From: an uncultured bacterium
Lineage (GTDB): Bacteria > Patescibacteriota > Minisyncoccia > Phycocordibacterales > Phycocordibacteraceae
NCBI GenBank assembly: GCA_963759775.1
Contig: CAVXAH010000001.1
Location: 208,682-272,681, forward strand
DNA: 64,000 nt
Direction: 5' to 3'
Shown here in pieces: positions 1-8,394 of this stretch. The position numbers and the translations under genes were made by a program. The stretch's first letter is position 1, and every line of letters starts with the position of its first letter. The notes below the pieces were generated by a model, which was not told the origin of the DNA, made no database searches, and saw nothing but the letters and a program-made list of their open reading frames with translations.

Positions 1-252
1 CGCGCTGGCTATGCGCTCTCATACCTCCACGAAACCTACCCAGATCTTCGCGTGTACTCCTTTGACTACCACTTGAAGCTCGGAGCACTTCTGACACTCA
101 CGACGCTCCTCAATATTAAAAACGAACTCCCCGCGTTCGTCATAGAGGAAAAGGTCTCGTATGGCTTCACCACACTTGAAGACTTGGAAAAGAAATTTCC
201 TAAGGGCTCACTTTCTACTACTACCACAGCGACCAGTACTGCTAAAAAATAA
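1..252 (+). CDS. C-terminal part of an unidentified protein (gene starts upstream of the window)
   Basis: Frame 1 is open from nt 1 to TAA 250-252. Track ORF 52..252 is its tail. No recognisable motif; Thr/Ser-rich end. Confidence 0.4.
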   Translation, partial: RAGYALSYLHETYPDLRVYSFDYHLKLGALLTLTTLLNIKNELPAFVIEEKVSYGFTTLEDLEKKFPKGSLSTTTTATSTAKK

Positions 253-258
253 CTGTTT

Positions 259-334
259 TGGAGCCGCCTCCCAGATTTGAACTGGGGACCTTCTCTTTAC
301 AAAAGAGTTGCTCTACCAACTGAGCTAAGGCGGC
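259..334 (-). tRNA. tRNA-Thr (anticodon UGU), CCA encoded
   Basis: Reverse complement GCCGCCT-TA-GCTC-AGTTGGTA-GAGC-A-ACTCT-TTTGTAA-AGAGA-AGGTC-CCCAG-TTCAAAT-CTGGG-AGGCGGC-TCCA folds as a 76-nt cloverleaf. Anticodon loop is TT-TGT-AA. Confidence 0.9.
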
Positions 335-345
335 ACTCGCTCACT

Positions 346-762
346 TTAACCCATCTTCGTCATCTCGGACATCTCCGGACGAGTTGCTGAAAGTTGGGTC
401 TTAAAATCTGCGAGCGTTCCAATAAAGGGGCGTTCAGTTGCTTTTGGTGCATCCTGTGCACCCTCTTTAGTGCGCAAATACTTAATAACACGAGTGAGGA
501 ATCGCTCCACCATACGGATACCCTGAAGCGTGAGGTGCACGATTCCGTGACTCGTGCGGTCAACGAGACCGCGCACTTCAGCCTGGAGCCACGCTGAAAA
601 ATCCACGCGAGAAACAACAAAAGAAATGTGTTCGATTATTTGATCGAGAACATCGCGCTGTCTCGCAAGATACCGCACGCCTTTACGGCTTTCAAAAACC
701 GTGAGCCCCACGAAGCTCGCGGATACAAGGACGACAATAAAAATTGAAATGAGGTACATCAT
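346..762 (-). CDS. hypothetical membrane-anchored protein
   Basis: 138-aa ORF with hydrophobic N-terminus MMYLISIFIVVLVSASFVGLTVF. No family recognised. Confidence 0.5.
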   Translation of the reverse strand: MMYLISIFIVVLVSASFVGLTVFESRKGVRYLARQRDVLDQIIEHISFVVSRVDFSAWLQAEVRGLVDRTSHGIVHLTLQGIRMVERFLTRVIKYLRTKEGAQDAPKATERPFIGTLADFKTQLSATRPEMSEMTKMG

Positions 763-767
763 GATAG

Positions 768-1352
768 TTAGCCGCGAAGCGAAAGGCGTGAGAAGCCGGA
801 CACAACAACTCGCTCGCCGAACTTCTGCGTCGCTTCGTTCAAGAGGTCGCGGACCGTCTTTGACTCGTCCTTGATAAAGGACTGATCGAGGAGGACTTGG
901 TCGCGAAAATATGCGGAGAGTTTGCCGTCAAGTATTTTCTGCTTCATATCTTCCGGCTTCCCTTTCACTTCCGCCTCAAAGACCGCGGTCGCGGCATCTT
1001 TCGCATCTGTCGGTACTTCTTCAACACTCTTATATTTTGGGTTCGTTGCCGCAACCTGCATCGCGACGTCGCGCGCAAGTGTCGCGAATTCTGGGTTTTT
1101 TGATACGAAATCCGTCTCGCAGGAAAGAAGAACCATCGCACCTATGGCGCCTTCGTGGACATAGCTTCCTACTGCACCGGCACCAAGCTCACGATCCGCC
1201 TTTTTGCCCGCAGCGTCTGCCGAGCGTTTGCGCAAAATCACTTCCGCCTTCGCAATGTCCCCTCCCGCCTCTTCAAGCGCCTTCTTGCATTGCATGACGG
1301 ACACACCCGTCTTCTCGCGCAATTCCTTAATAATGTCCATTGTGAGTTCCAT
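768..1352 (-). CDS. tsf: translation elongation factor Ts (short form)
   Basis: MDIIKELREKTGVSVMQCKKALEEAGGDIAKAEVILRKR matches the EF-Ts N-terminal domain. The conserved start may be the internal ATG at 1340. Confidence 0.9.
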   Translation of the reverse strand: MELTMDIIKELREKTGVSVMQCKKALEEAGGDIAKAEVILRKRSADAAGKKADRELGAGAVGSYVHEGAIGAMVLLSCETDFVSKNPEFATLARDVAMQVAATNPKYKSVEEVPTDAKDAATAVFEAEVKGKPEDMKQKILDGKLSAYFRDQVLLDQSFIKDESKTVRDLLNEATQKFGERVVVSGFSRLSLRG

Positions 1353-1410
1353 AGGTGTTGTAGCTTAATTATACCAAACCCTCGGCGAGGGAGAATTGAA
1401 GAATACTTGT

Positions 1411-2109
1411 TTATGCTGTCTTACCGTGGAGATACGCAGCTGAAAGCTCGTTCAAAAGGAGTTTTACGGCCTCACGGGAGGCGTCATTTGCAACGATGGG
1501 GTACGTCGCATCTTTAATGTCGCAGTCGGAGCTCATGATGCCGATGATTGGAATACCCGCATCTCTTCCCTCTTTCACTGCATGCTTCTCACGCTTGGTG
1601 TCAACGACGAGGAGCGCGTCCGGCTTCTTTGCGAGTCCTGTAATACCGTCAAGACGCTCGGTGAGCCGCTTCTCTTCGCGACCAAGGAACACGAGCTCGA
1701 GCTTCGTGTGGCGCTTTGCAAGTGTGCCTGCCGCCTTCTCTTCCTTAAGGGATGCGAGGCGGTCAATACGCTTTTTGATTTCTACGAAATTGGAGATGGT
1801 GCCACCAAGCCAACGGGTTGAAACGTAGGGCTGACTTGCGGCCACGGCAGCCTGCTTTACGAGTGCAGAAATCTCCGTCTTGCCTCCGACGAAAAGGACG
1901 GTTTTGCCGGCCTTTGCGAGCGTTTCCATCACGCGCTTTGCGGACGCGAGCTGGTCCTCTGTTTTAGCAAGGTCAATGATTTCCGAGCGACCCTTTGCTC
2001 CCAAGAGGAAGGGCTTCATTGAGGGATGTCTTTTTGATTTGACCTGAGCGAAATGCGCCCCTGTATCAAAGAGGCGCTTTACGTCGGCCGTGTTGGTTCC
2101 TGAGGACAT
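1411..2109 (-). CDS. rpsB: 30S ribosomal protein uS2
   Basis: uS2-type sequence: HFAQVKSKRHPSMKPFL, VLFVGGK, YVSTRWLGGTISNF. The longest ORF runs to 2196, but the conserved N-terminus starts at ATG 2107-2109. Confidence 0.9.
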   Translation of the reverse strand: MSSGTNTADVKRLFDTGAHFAQVKSKRHPSMKPFLLGAKGRSEIIDLAKTEDQLASAKRVMETLAKAGKTVLFVGGKTEISALVKQAAVAASQPYVSTRWLGGTISNFVEIKKRIDRLASLKEEKAAGTLAKRHTKLELVFLGREEKRLTERLDGITGLAKKPDALLVVDTKREKHAVKEGRDAGIPIIGIMSSDCDIKDATYPIVANDASREAVKLLLNELSAAYLHGKTA

Positions 2110-2311
2110 GTGTGGGGGCACTTTACCCGAAAAGTCTCTACTGTGCAAGCGGAGCAAGGAAGTTCCGAGGAAAGCGTAGCGAAGCTGATCGCGCACGGTG
2201 TTTTGGCATCCCTTTGCGCATCTGCGCTATGCCAAAACGCGAACGCGGAGCTTAGGAAACTGCTCGCAGGAGCAGTTTCCGCGCTTCCGCAGGAATTTCC
2301 TTGCGGAGCAC

Positions 2312-3274
2312 TTACTCCACCTCCTCCGATGGTCCCACACCGCCTGCGGCCGCGGCGGCCTGAAGAGCCAAAACAATGTCATCAATTCCCCCTTCCATTA
2401 CCCGCGGAAGGTTGTGCCAAGACTCCTTAATGCGGTGGTCAGTCACGCGGTCTTGGAGGAAGTTGTAGGTGCGTATTTTTTCGGAGCGATCACCCGTGCC
2501 GATTTGTCCCTTTCGCTCTGCCGCGTGTTTTTTTGCCTCCTCTTCTTCATGCAATTGTTCAATCTTTGCGGAGAGGATTTGCATCGCTTTCTCGCGGTTT
2601 GCCTGCTGGCTCCGTTCTGCCTGCGACCGCACCTCAAGCCCGGTCGGCTTGTGGACAAGCCGTACGGCCGTCTCAACCTTGTTTACGTTTTGCCCACCGG
2701 CGCCACCGGCGCGTGAAAACTCCATGAGAATATCGGCGGGGTTGATATCTACTTTTGATTTTGCACGGATCGGCAACACCGCGATAGACGCTGTGGAGGT
2801 GTGAATGCGTCCCGACTTCTCGGTCGCAGGAACTCTTTGCACGCGATGTACTCCCATCTCATAACGAAGCGCGTCGTACGCAGGCGTCCCTCCAATTTCT
2901 ATAGTGAGGTCGTCAATCAACCGCACTTTCCATCTCTTTGATTCTGCAAATTTCTGATACATCTCTTTCAGGTCGCGTGCAAAAATAGTTGCTTCATCTC
3001 CCCCCGCGCCAGCTCGAAACTCTAGGACAATTGCCATGGGCTTTGACTCCTCTTCTTTCTCTTTCGTGAGAATACGGTCCATTTCAGCAAGAATCTCTTT
3101 CTGACGCGCGCGGATGCGCGTCTCGTCTTCTTTCGCCATGTGCACCAAATCTGCATCAACTCCCGCGGCGAGCGTCGCGTTTTTCGCTTCCTCTTCAAGA
3201 CGTTCAAATTCCTCCGCAAGATATGCGACGGCGTAATTCTTTTTGAGTTCAGGAGAATATTCCATGGTGCTCAT
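2312..3274 (-). CDS. prfA: peptide chain release factor 1
   Basis: GGQ motif ([20 protein letters not shown]) and RF1-type PAT tripeptide ([17 protein letters not shown]). Confidence 0.9.
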   Translation of the reverse strand: MSTMEYSPELKKNYAVAYLAEEFERLEEEAKNATLAAGVDADLVHMAKEDETRIRARQKEILAEMDRILTKEKEEESKPMAIVLEFRAGAGGDEATIFARDLKEMYQKFAESKRWKVRLIDDLTIEIGGTPAYDALRYEMGVHRVQRVPATEKSGRIHTSTASIAVLPIRAKSKVDINPADILMEFSRAGGAGGQNVNKVETAVRLVHKPTGLEVRSQAERSQQANREKAMQILSAKIEQLHEEEEAKKHAAERKGQIGTGDRSEKIRTYNFLQDRVTDHRIKESWHNLPRVMEGGIDDIVLALQAAAAAGGVGPSEEVE

Positions 3275-3321
3275 GATAGCAAAGAGCGCGCAGGCTTGGC
3301 CTGCGCGCTCTTTGAAAACAT

Positions 3322-3576
3322 CTACGCCCTCTTCTTAGCGGCGCGTTGCTTGAAGCGCTCAACGCGTCCAGTAGTATCAAGCGTGCGATCCTCACCCGTA
3401 TAAAAAGGGTGCGATTTTGAAGAGATTTCTACGACCACTTTCGGGTACTCTTTGCCGTCTTTCCCCTTCCCTGTTTCTTTGGTGGCAATTGTGGAACCAA
3501 TAAGAAAATGCGCTCCAGAGGCAATATCCTCAAAGAGAACGGGTCGGTACACTTTTGGATGAATATCCTTTTTCAT
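3322..3576 (-). CDS. rpmE: 50S ribosomal protein bL31
   Basis: [17 protein letters not shown]...SKSHPFYTG. The track ORF extends to 3711 and overlaps the upstream gene. The conserved start is ATG 3574-3576. Confidence 0.9.
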   Translation of the reverse strand: MKKDIHPKVYRPVLFEDIASGAHFLIGSTIATKETGKGKDGKEYPKVVVEISSKSHPFYTGEDRTLDTTGRVERFKQRAAKKRA

Positions 3577-3620
3577 TGCTTCGCACTCTACCTTAGAGCA
3601 GAAAACCTTGCAAACAGCGA

Positions 3621-4976
3621 CTAGTTGTTGGCGAGGAAGTCTATGTTCTGCTGGATGCCCGCAACTTTCGCCATAACTTGGTTTGCATAGGTCTGTCCAA
3701 GCGTTGCCCACCGGCCACCGGCATAATATTTCGCGGCGGCCGTGTGCTCGGCCGTATAGCCGCCCGCACCAGCGCCAAGGTCAGAAAGGAATACTCCCAT
3801 CGCCGCAATCGCGTCCTGCGGATTCCAAGGATTTGCGACTGCTACGCCGCGAGCGGCGGCGATGCGTCCGGCGATACTCGCCCAGGTGGAGGGGATGAAT
3901 TGTGCAGGTCCCATCGCGCCGCCGTACCCACCTGCGCTCGCTATAGGGCATGAGACGACTTGATAATGCGGATCAAACCCGAGTTTAGAAGCGAGGGCAA
4001 GGAATGGAGGCACATCGCGAGTTGGGTGCATCACTGCGGCAAATGCCGTACCGGTATTTTTGCCGATGCCCGCACCCGTCACGTCGTTCGTGAGATAACA
4101 CTGCCCTACGTTTGCCCCCAGATTTGATTCCTGCGTGAGGATCGCAAGCACGAACGCGGGGTCAACGCCCGTGGACTTCTCGGCCGCCTGCGCATATTTA
4201 AGCGCATCGCCGAACTGGATGGCGGCGGCATCGCGAAGCGGAAAGAGTGCGGCGCGTATCGCGGCAGCCTTCGCCTGGTTCGCAGCGAGGACTTTCTTGT
4301 ACTCCGTTTCCTGATTGGTCGTAATAGCGAGCAGTTGCTGTTTTACAACCTGAGCCTCAGCAACCTTCTGCTTTTTGGTTTGTATGTCGTACTTGGCATC
4401 CGTCACCTTGTTCTGTGTTTGCGTGAGGACGGCTCTTTCACTTTCTGTTTTTGCTTTCGTCGCTCGTATGTTGGAGAAGAGCACTTGCATTTCGCCCTTG
4501 ATAGATACGAAAGCGTCAACATCTGCGAAAAAAGAGGAGAAGTCGTCAGATGAAAGCGCCACTTCAACGAGAGAATAATCTTCAAGCTGGCTCTGCTGAC
4601 GAAGCATAGACGCAAGCGAGGCGTGCCCTTGAACGATACGATTCTCAAGCTGTCCGATAACCTGGGTTTTAGTGACTATCTGGGAACCAAGTTGCTTCAG
4701 TTTTATGTTCTGGGCATCTATTTGCGCTTGCGCCTGTTTTATTTGCGCGTTTAGTGCCGTGACGTCCCCCGTGAGCGTATTCTTCTTTGCGCGGGTCGCA
4801 TCAAGCACCACCTGTTGCGCCGCTATCTCTTTCTGAAGCTGGTCGTATTGCGCTTGCAAATGGGCACGCTCTTGTGGAGTGAGTTCCTCGGCGTGAGCAT
4901 AGGGTTGTGCGGTGAGCACCGTACTTGCCGCGCCAACGACAACGAGCACAATGAGCATGGAGAGGATCTGCTTCAT
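3621..4976 (-). CDS. secreted coiled-coil protein with MltB/SLT_2-like lytic transglycosylase domain
   Basis: Signal-like N-terminus, a long Gln/Ala-rich coiled coil, then ILTQESNLG and GAMGPAQFIPSTW motifs. Confidence 0.7.
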   Translation of the reverse strand: MKQILSMLIVLVVVGAASTVLTAQPYAHAEELTPQERAHLQAQYDQLQKEIAAQQVVLDATRAKKNTLTGDVTALNAQIKQAQAQIDAQNIKLKQLGSQIVTKTQVIGQLENRIVQGHASLASMLRQQSQLEDYSLVEVALSSDDFSSFFADVDAFVSIKGEMQVLFSNIRATKAKTESERAVLTQTQNKVTDAKYDIQTKKQKVAEAQVVKQQLLAITTNQETEYKKVLAANQAKAAAIRAALFPLRDAAAIQFGDALKYAQAAEKSTGVDPAFVLAILTQESNLGANVGQCYLTNDVTGAGIGKNTGTAFAAVMHPTRDVPPFLALASKLGFDPHYQVVSCPIASAGGYGGAMGPAQFIPSTWASIAGRIAAARGVAVANPWNPQDAIAAMGVFLSDLGAGAGGYTAEHTAAAKYYAGGRWATLGQTYANQVMAKVAGIQQNIDFLANN

Positions 4977-5056
4977 ATACAGGGAAATTATAACAAAAAT
5001 CGCGGGTCCCGTTTGGGCCCGCGATTTTCTTCCTTCCCGTACTATTTCTTCGCTTC

Positions 5057-5740
5057 TTACTTCTTGCCTTCCGGCTTTTTCGCATCAGCCGCTGCTGCAG
5101 GAGCTGCTCCTGCCTCACCCTCCACCTCTTCCTTGCCCTTCTTCTCAACCTCAATAGCCGAGAGGTCAACGGCAACGGGAGCTTCCACTACCTCCTCCTT
5201 CACTTCCTGAGCAAGCGCAATCACCTCTTCAAGAGCGGTGTTGAGCGTGACACCTGCAGGGAGCACAATATCCTTCGCGCGAATCTGGTCGCCAATCTTC
5301 TGAATCAAAGAAATATCCACTTTGAGCTCGTGTGGGAGCGCAGCTGCTTCTGCCTCAATCTCCACTTCGTGGAGCACTTTCACGATGTTTGCACCGTCTT
5401 TCGCCGCCGGAGACTCGCCCACGAACACAAGTGGCACTTTCACCTCAACTTTCGCGCCCTTCTCAATTGCATAAAAATCAGCGTGGCGGGGAACGCTAGT
5501 CACTGGATGATGATCAACATCGTGGATAAGAACCTGGAGCGGAGCGGCTTCAACCCCCGAAAGCTCAATGATAGAAGATTCACCTGCGACTCGTAGCATT
5601 TTCTCAAATGCCTTAAGCGGAAGCACGATAGAAACCGCCTTTTGTTTGGGACCATAGACGACAGCGGGCAAAGACCCCGCTCGGCGAAGTGCCGAGAGCG
5701 AAGAAGCAGTATCCCGCTTGGTTGCGGTGAGCGTATGCAT
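5057..5740 (-). CDS. rplY: 50S ribosomal protein bL25 / general stress protein Ctc
   Basis: MHTLTATKRD..LPAVVYGPK..HDVDHHPVTSVPRHADF with a charged tail. Start taken at ATG 5738-5740 rather than 5920. Confidence 0.85.
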   Translation of the reverse strand: MHTLTATKRDTASSLSALRRAGSLPAVVYGPKQKAVSIVLPLKAFEKMLRVAGESSIIELSGVEAAPLQVLIHDVDHHPVTSVPRHADFYAIEKGAKVEVKVPLVFVGESPAAKDGANIVKVLHEVEIEAEAAALPHELKVDISLIQKIGDQIRAKDIVLPAGVTLNTALEEVIALAQEVKEEVVEAPVAVDLSAIEVEKKGKEEVEGEAGAAPAAAADAKKPEGKK

Positions 5741-5998
5741 AGTGAAAGGAGTATGCCTGAAACACCTAAAAAATTCAAGCCCTGTCAGACACTTTGGCAT
5801 TGTCGTGTTTGTGCCACCACGAGTTTTGGTAGCAAACCCGAAATTGCTCAATTTATTATTGGTTTGGAACAGACCAGCTACACGACAAGTGGCACGATGC
5901 CAAAGTGTACGCCGGGGCAAGCGGGCTAAGTTCCCGCGAGGGCGGCAGAGACTTTCTTAAGACGAGCAAGAAATGCGGCTCTCGCGGCGGGAACGTTC

Positions 5999-6925
5999 TC
6001 ACTCTTCCCTTTCCAGACAGTAAGTGCCTCTTCCTGCAGCGCACGGGCATACGAAAATGTGAGCGGCCATGGCGCGCTTGAGGCAAGAGCGGCGCACGTA
6101 ATCGCCTGTAGGTTCTAGAGTTGCTTGGTCTGGGGTTTGTCCGCCTGAAAGAAACACAATGCCCGCCACCTCCTTTGGAACCGTCTTCATGAGTACCGCG
6201 ACCGTGTCCTCCGCCACCTCTTCCGGCGTATCTTTCTTTCCGCTTTCGCTTCCAGAAATCGCCATTGCGGTTTTGAGTATCACTCCCGGGAGGTCTACCG
6301 CCTGCTCATGCAGTACGTGAAAAAGTGCGCCGAGCGTTTCTTGCAAGACTTCCTTCGCACGAGCGCGCGAGTGCCTACCCGAAAGAAGTACTTCCGGCTC
6401 AAGGATAGGCACGAGACCTGCCTTTTGTGCCTCTTTCGCATAGCTTGCGAGACGTTTTACGTTTTCAAGAATCGCAGCAGAAGTGGGCAGCTTGTCGCCT
6501 TCAATACGAATGACTGCGCGCCATTTTGTAAACACCGCCCCCCGGTCGGCAAAGGTTTTGAGCCGCTCCGGCAAACCAAGGAGTCCTTTGGTAATAAGCT
6601 CATTCGCGCTTTCCAAAAAGGGCTCCGTACCCTCATCTACTTTTATACCTGGGGCAATACCGCGCTGTGCGAGAGATGTGGTAAAAAGCATGCCGTCCTC
6701 GCCTTCTTGTACAAATGTTTCTGCAAATAAAATGACCCCTGAAAGGTAGTCCGGAACGCCTGGCGCGTTTAAGAAAAGTTCGCGAAACTTCTTGCGCATT
6801 TCAAGCGTCGTATCAATACCATAGGAAGCAAGACGCTTGTCAGCAGAAGACACGCTCTCGTCGGCTGCGAGAATGCCTTTCCCGGGAGATACGAGGGCAC
6901 GTGCGCGCTCTCTAAGGTCCATCAT
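5999..6925 (-). CDS. fba: fructose-bisphosphate aldolase, class I (frame lost near 6115; homologous C-terminus continues to 5926)
   Basis: GKGILAADESVSSADKRL and FLSGGQ are class I aldolase motifs. After ...DQATL the conserved NLQAIT..SSAPWPLTFSYARALQEEAL continues in another frame to TAG 5926-5928. Confidence 0.85.
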   Translation of the reverse strand: MMDLRERARALVSPGKGILAADESVSSADKRLASYGIDTTLEMRKKFRELFLNAPGVPDYLSGVILFAETFVQEGEDGMLFTTSLAQRGIAPGIKVDEGTEPFLESANELITKGLLGLPERLKTFADRGAVFTKWRAVIRIEGDKLPTSAAILENVKRLASYAKEAQKAGLVPILEPEVLLSGRHSRARAKEVLQETLGALFHVLHEQAVDLPGVILKTAMAISGSESGKKDTPEEVAEDTVAVLMKTVPKEVAGIVFLSGGQTPDQATLEPTGDYVRRSCLKRAMAAHIFVCPCAAGRGTYCLEREE

Positions 6926-6958
6926 GCGTGGATTTTAGCATGCTAAAATCCACGCATG
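6923..6958. promoter_or_regulatory. 36-bp perfect palindrome, candidate divergent leaderless promoter/operator between fba and the PfkB kinase
   Basis: Sequence is CATGCGTGGATTTTAGCATGCTAAAATCCACGCATG. Each arm reads TGcTAAAAT-N6-ATG. The left CAT is the fba start codon. Confidence 0.6.
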
Positions 6959-6961
6959 GAT

Positions 6962-7078
6962 CCCGTTAGAAGCCGCGGTCGCTGTGGTAAAATCTCGGAT
7001 ATCATATGAAACTGAGCATTTTTAGTAGCTGTGCGTTAACCAAGTTGAGTCGCCTGACCGCGACCTGCTTCTAACGGG
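6962..7078 (+). mobile_element. ORF-less miniature inverted-repeat element (CCCGTTAGA family)
   Basis: Termini are CCCGTTAGAAGC / GCTTCTAACGGG, with sub-terminal complementarity. It is flanked by direct repeats ATGGA (6956-6960, 7079-7083). Confidence 0.6.
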
Positions 7079-8074
7079 ATGGAACAATCGCTTGATTTCG
7101 TCGCCATTGGCGACACCGCCGTTGACGAATTTATCCGGCTCAAGGACGCCACGGTGCATTGCGATATAAACAGTGAAAACTGCACCATTTCTATGAAGTG
7201 GGGCGATAAAATCCCTTTTGAGTATTCGGTGTTGGTAGCGGGTGTTGGAAACGCCGCAAACGCGGCGGTTGCCGCCGCGCGCCTTGGGCTCCGTGCGGGA
7301 TTCGTCTCAAACGTAGGTGATGACTCCTACGGAAAGGAGATTCTCACCGCCTTTGCGCGGGAAGGTGTAGACGCGAGCGGTGTCGCGGTGAATGCAGGTA
7401 TGGTGACGAACCATCACTACGTGCTTTGGTATGAGTCAGAACGTACGATTCTCATTAAACACGAAGACTACCCGTACGCGCTCCCGAAAAATTTTACTGC
7501 GCCCCGCTGGATTTATCTCTCGTCCGCTGGCGCACGCTCCGAAGCTTTTCATAGTGAGCTTGCGACGTGGCTTGTTGCACACCCCGAAACGAAACTCGCC
7601 TTTCAACCGGGCACCTTCCAAATGAAAATAGGAAAAGCAAAACTCGCCGGGCTTTATGCACGAACTGATCTTCTCGCGGTAAACAAAGAGGAAGCGGAGC
7701 GCATTTTGGAGCGCGACAAAGACGAGATTACAAATCTGCTCCGAGATCTCCACGCGCTTGGACCAAAAATCGTACTCATCACTGATGGCCCAAAGGGCGC
7801 GTATGCCTATGACGGAAAAGATATGTTCACGGTACCCATGTATCCCGACCCAAAACCCGCCTTTGAGCGGACCGGCGCGGGAGATGCCTGCACCTCTACC
7901 ATCGTTGCGGCACTCGCGCTCGGAAAGCCACTTGCCGAAGCGCTTCTGTGGGGACCAGTGAATTCAATGTCAGTCGTGCAAGAAATCGGCGCACAAAAAG
8001 GGCTTCTCGCTCGCCCTGCACTTGAAAAATATCTTGAAAACGCTCCAAAAACGTATACGGTGAGTCCGTTTTAG
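7079..8074 (+). CDS. PfkB-family carbohydrate kinase
   Basis: GVGNAANAAVAAARLG and C-terminal TGAGDACTSTIVAAL are PfkB signatures. Confidence 0.8.
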   Translation: MEQSLDFVAIGDTAVDEFIRLKDATVHCDINSENCTISMKWGDKIPFEYSVLVAGVGNAANAAVAAARLGLRAGFVSNVGDDSYGKEILTAFAREGVDASGVAVNAGMVTNHHYVLWYESERTILIKHEDYPYALPKNFTAPRWIYLSSAGARSEAFHSELATWLVAHPETKLAFQPGTFQMKIGKAKLAGLYARTDLLAVNKEEAERILERDKDEITNLLRDLHALGPKIVLITDGPKGAYAYDGKDMFTVPMYPDPKPAFERTGAGDACTSTIVAALALGKPLAEALLWGPVNSMSVVQEIGAQKGLLARPALEKYLENAPKTYTVSPF

Positions 8075-8223
8075 AACTCATTTCAAAACCGGGGCACGAA
8101 CGGGGCGTTGCATCCGAGGGGGTCGCGAAGTTGGGCGGTGCGAGCGTTTCAGGTATTTTTTCAGCAGAAAAAATACCGTACCAGAGGAGGCAGCGCCTCG
8201 TGAGTGGTTTTGAAACGAGTTCT
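8073..8223 (+). repeat. structured intergenic repeat, family A, copy 1
   Basis: 18-bp outer inverted repeat (AGAACTCATTTCAAAACC / GGTTTTGAAACGAGTTCT). Conserved core is GCGAGCGTTTCAG-GGTATTTTT-TCAGCAGA-AAAAATACC-GTACCAGAGGAGG. Related copies lie at 22834-22936 and 25686-25818. Confidence 0.6.
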
Positions 8224-8392
8224 AGTTCTTGAGAAGTTCGCGGTATTCGCCGTAGTGAGAATCAACCGTGTCGTGGGAGTCTGCGTACGCGACACGAATG
8301 ATGAGAAGTGCCGCTCCTCCACCGACAATCGTGATGGCCAGAACTGCCATGTATGCGTTTATTTTCCTTGCGAGTGACATTCTTGGGGGCAT
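8222..8392 (-). CDS. small membrane protein (56 aa, below the ORF-track cutoff)
   Basis: MPPRMSLARKINAYMAVLAITIVGGGAALLIIRVAYADSHDTVDSHYGEYRELLKN has one TM helix. The ORF starts 2 nt after the transketolase stop. Confidence 0.4.
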   Translation of the reverse strand: MPPRMSLARKINAYMAVLAITIVGGGAALLIIRVAYADSHDTVDSHYGEYRELLKN

Positions 8393-8394
8393 AC

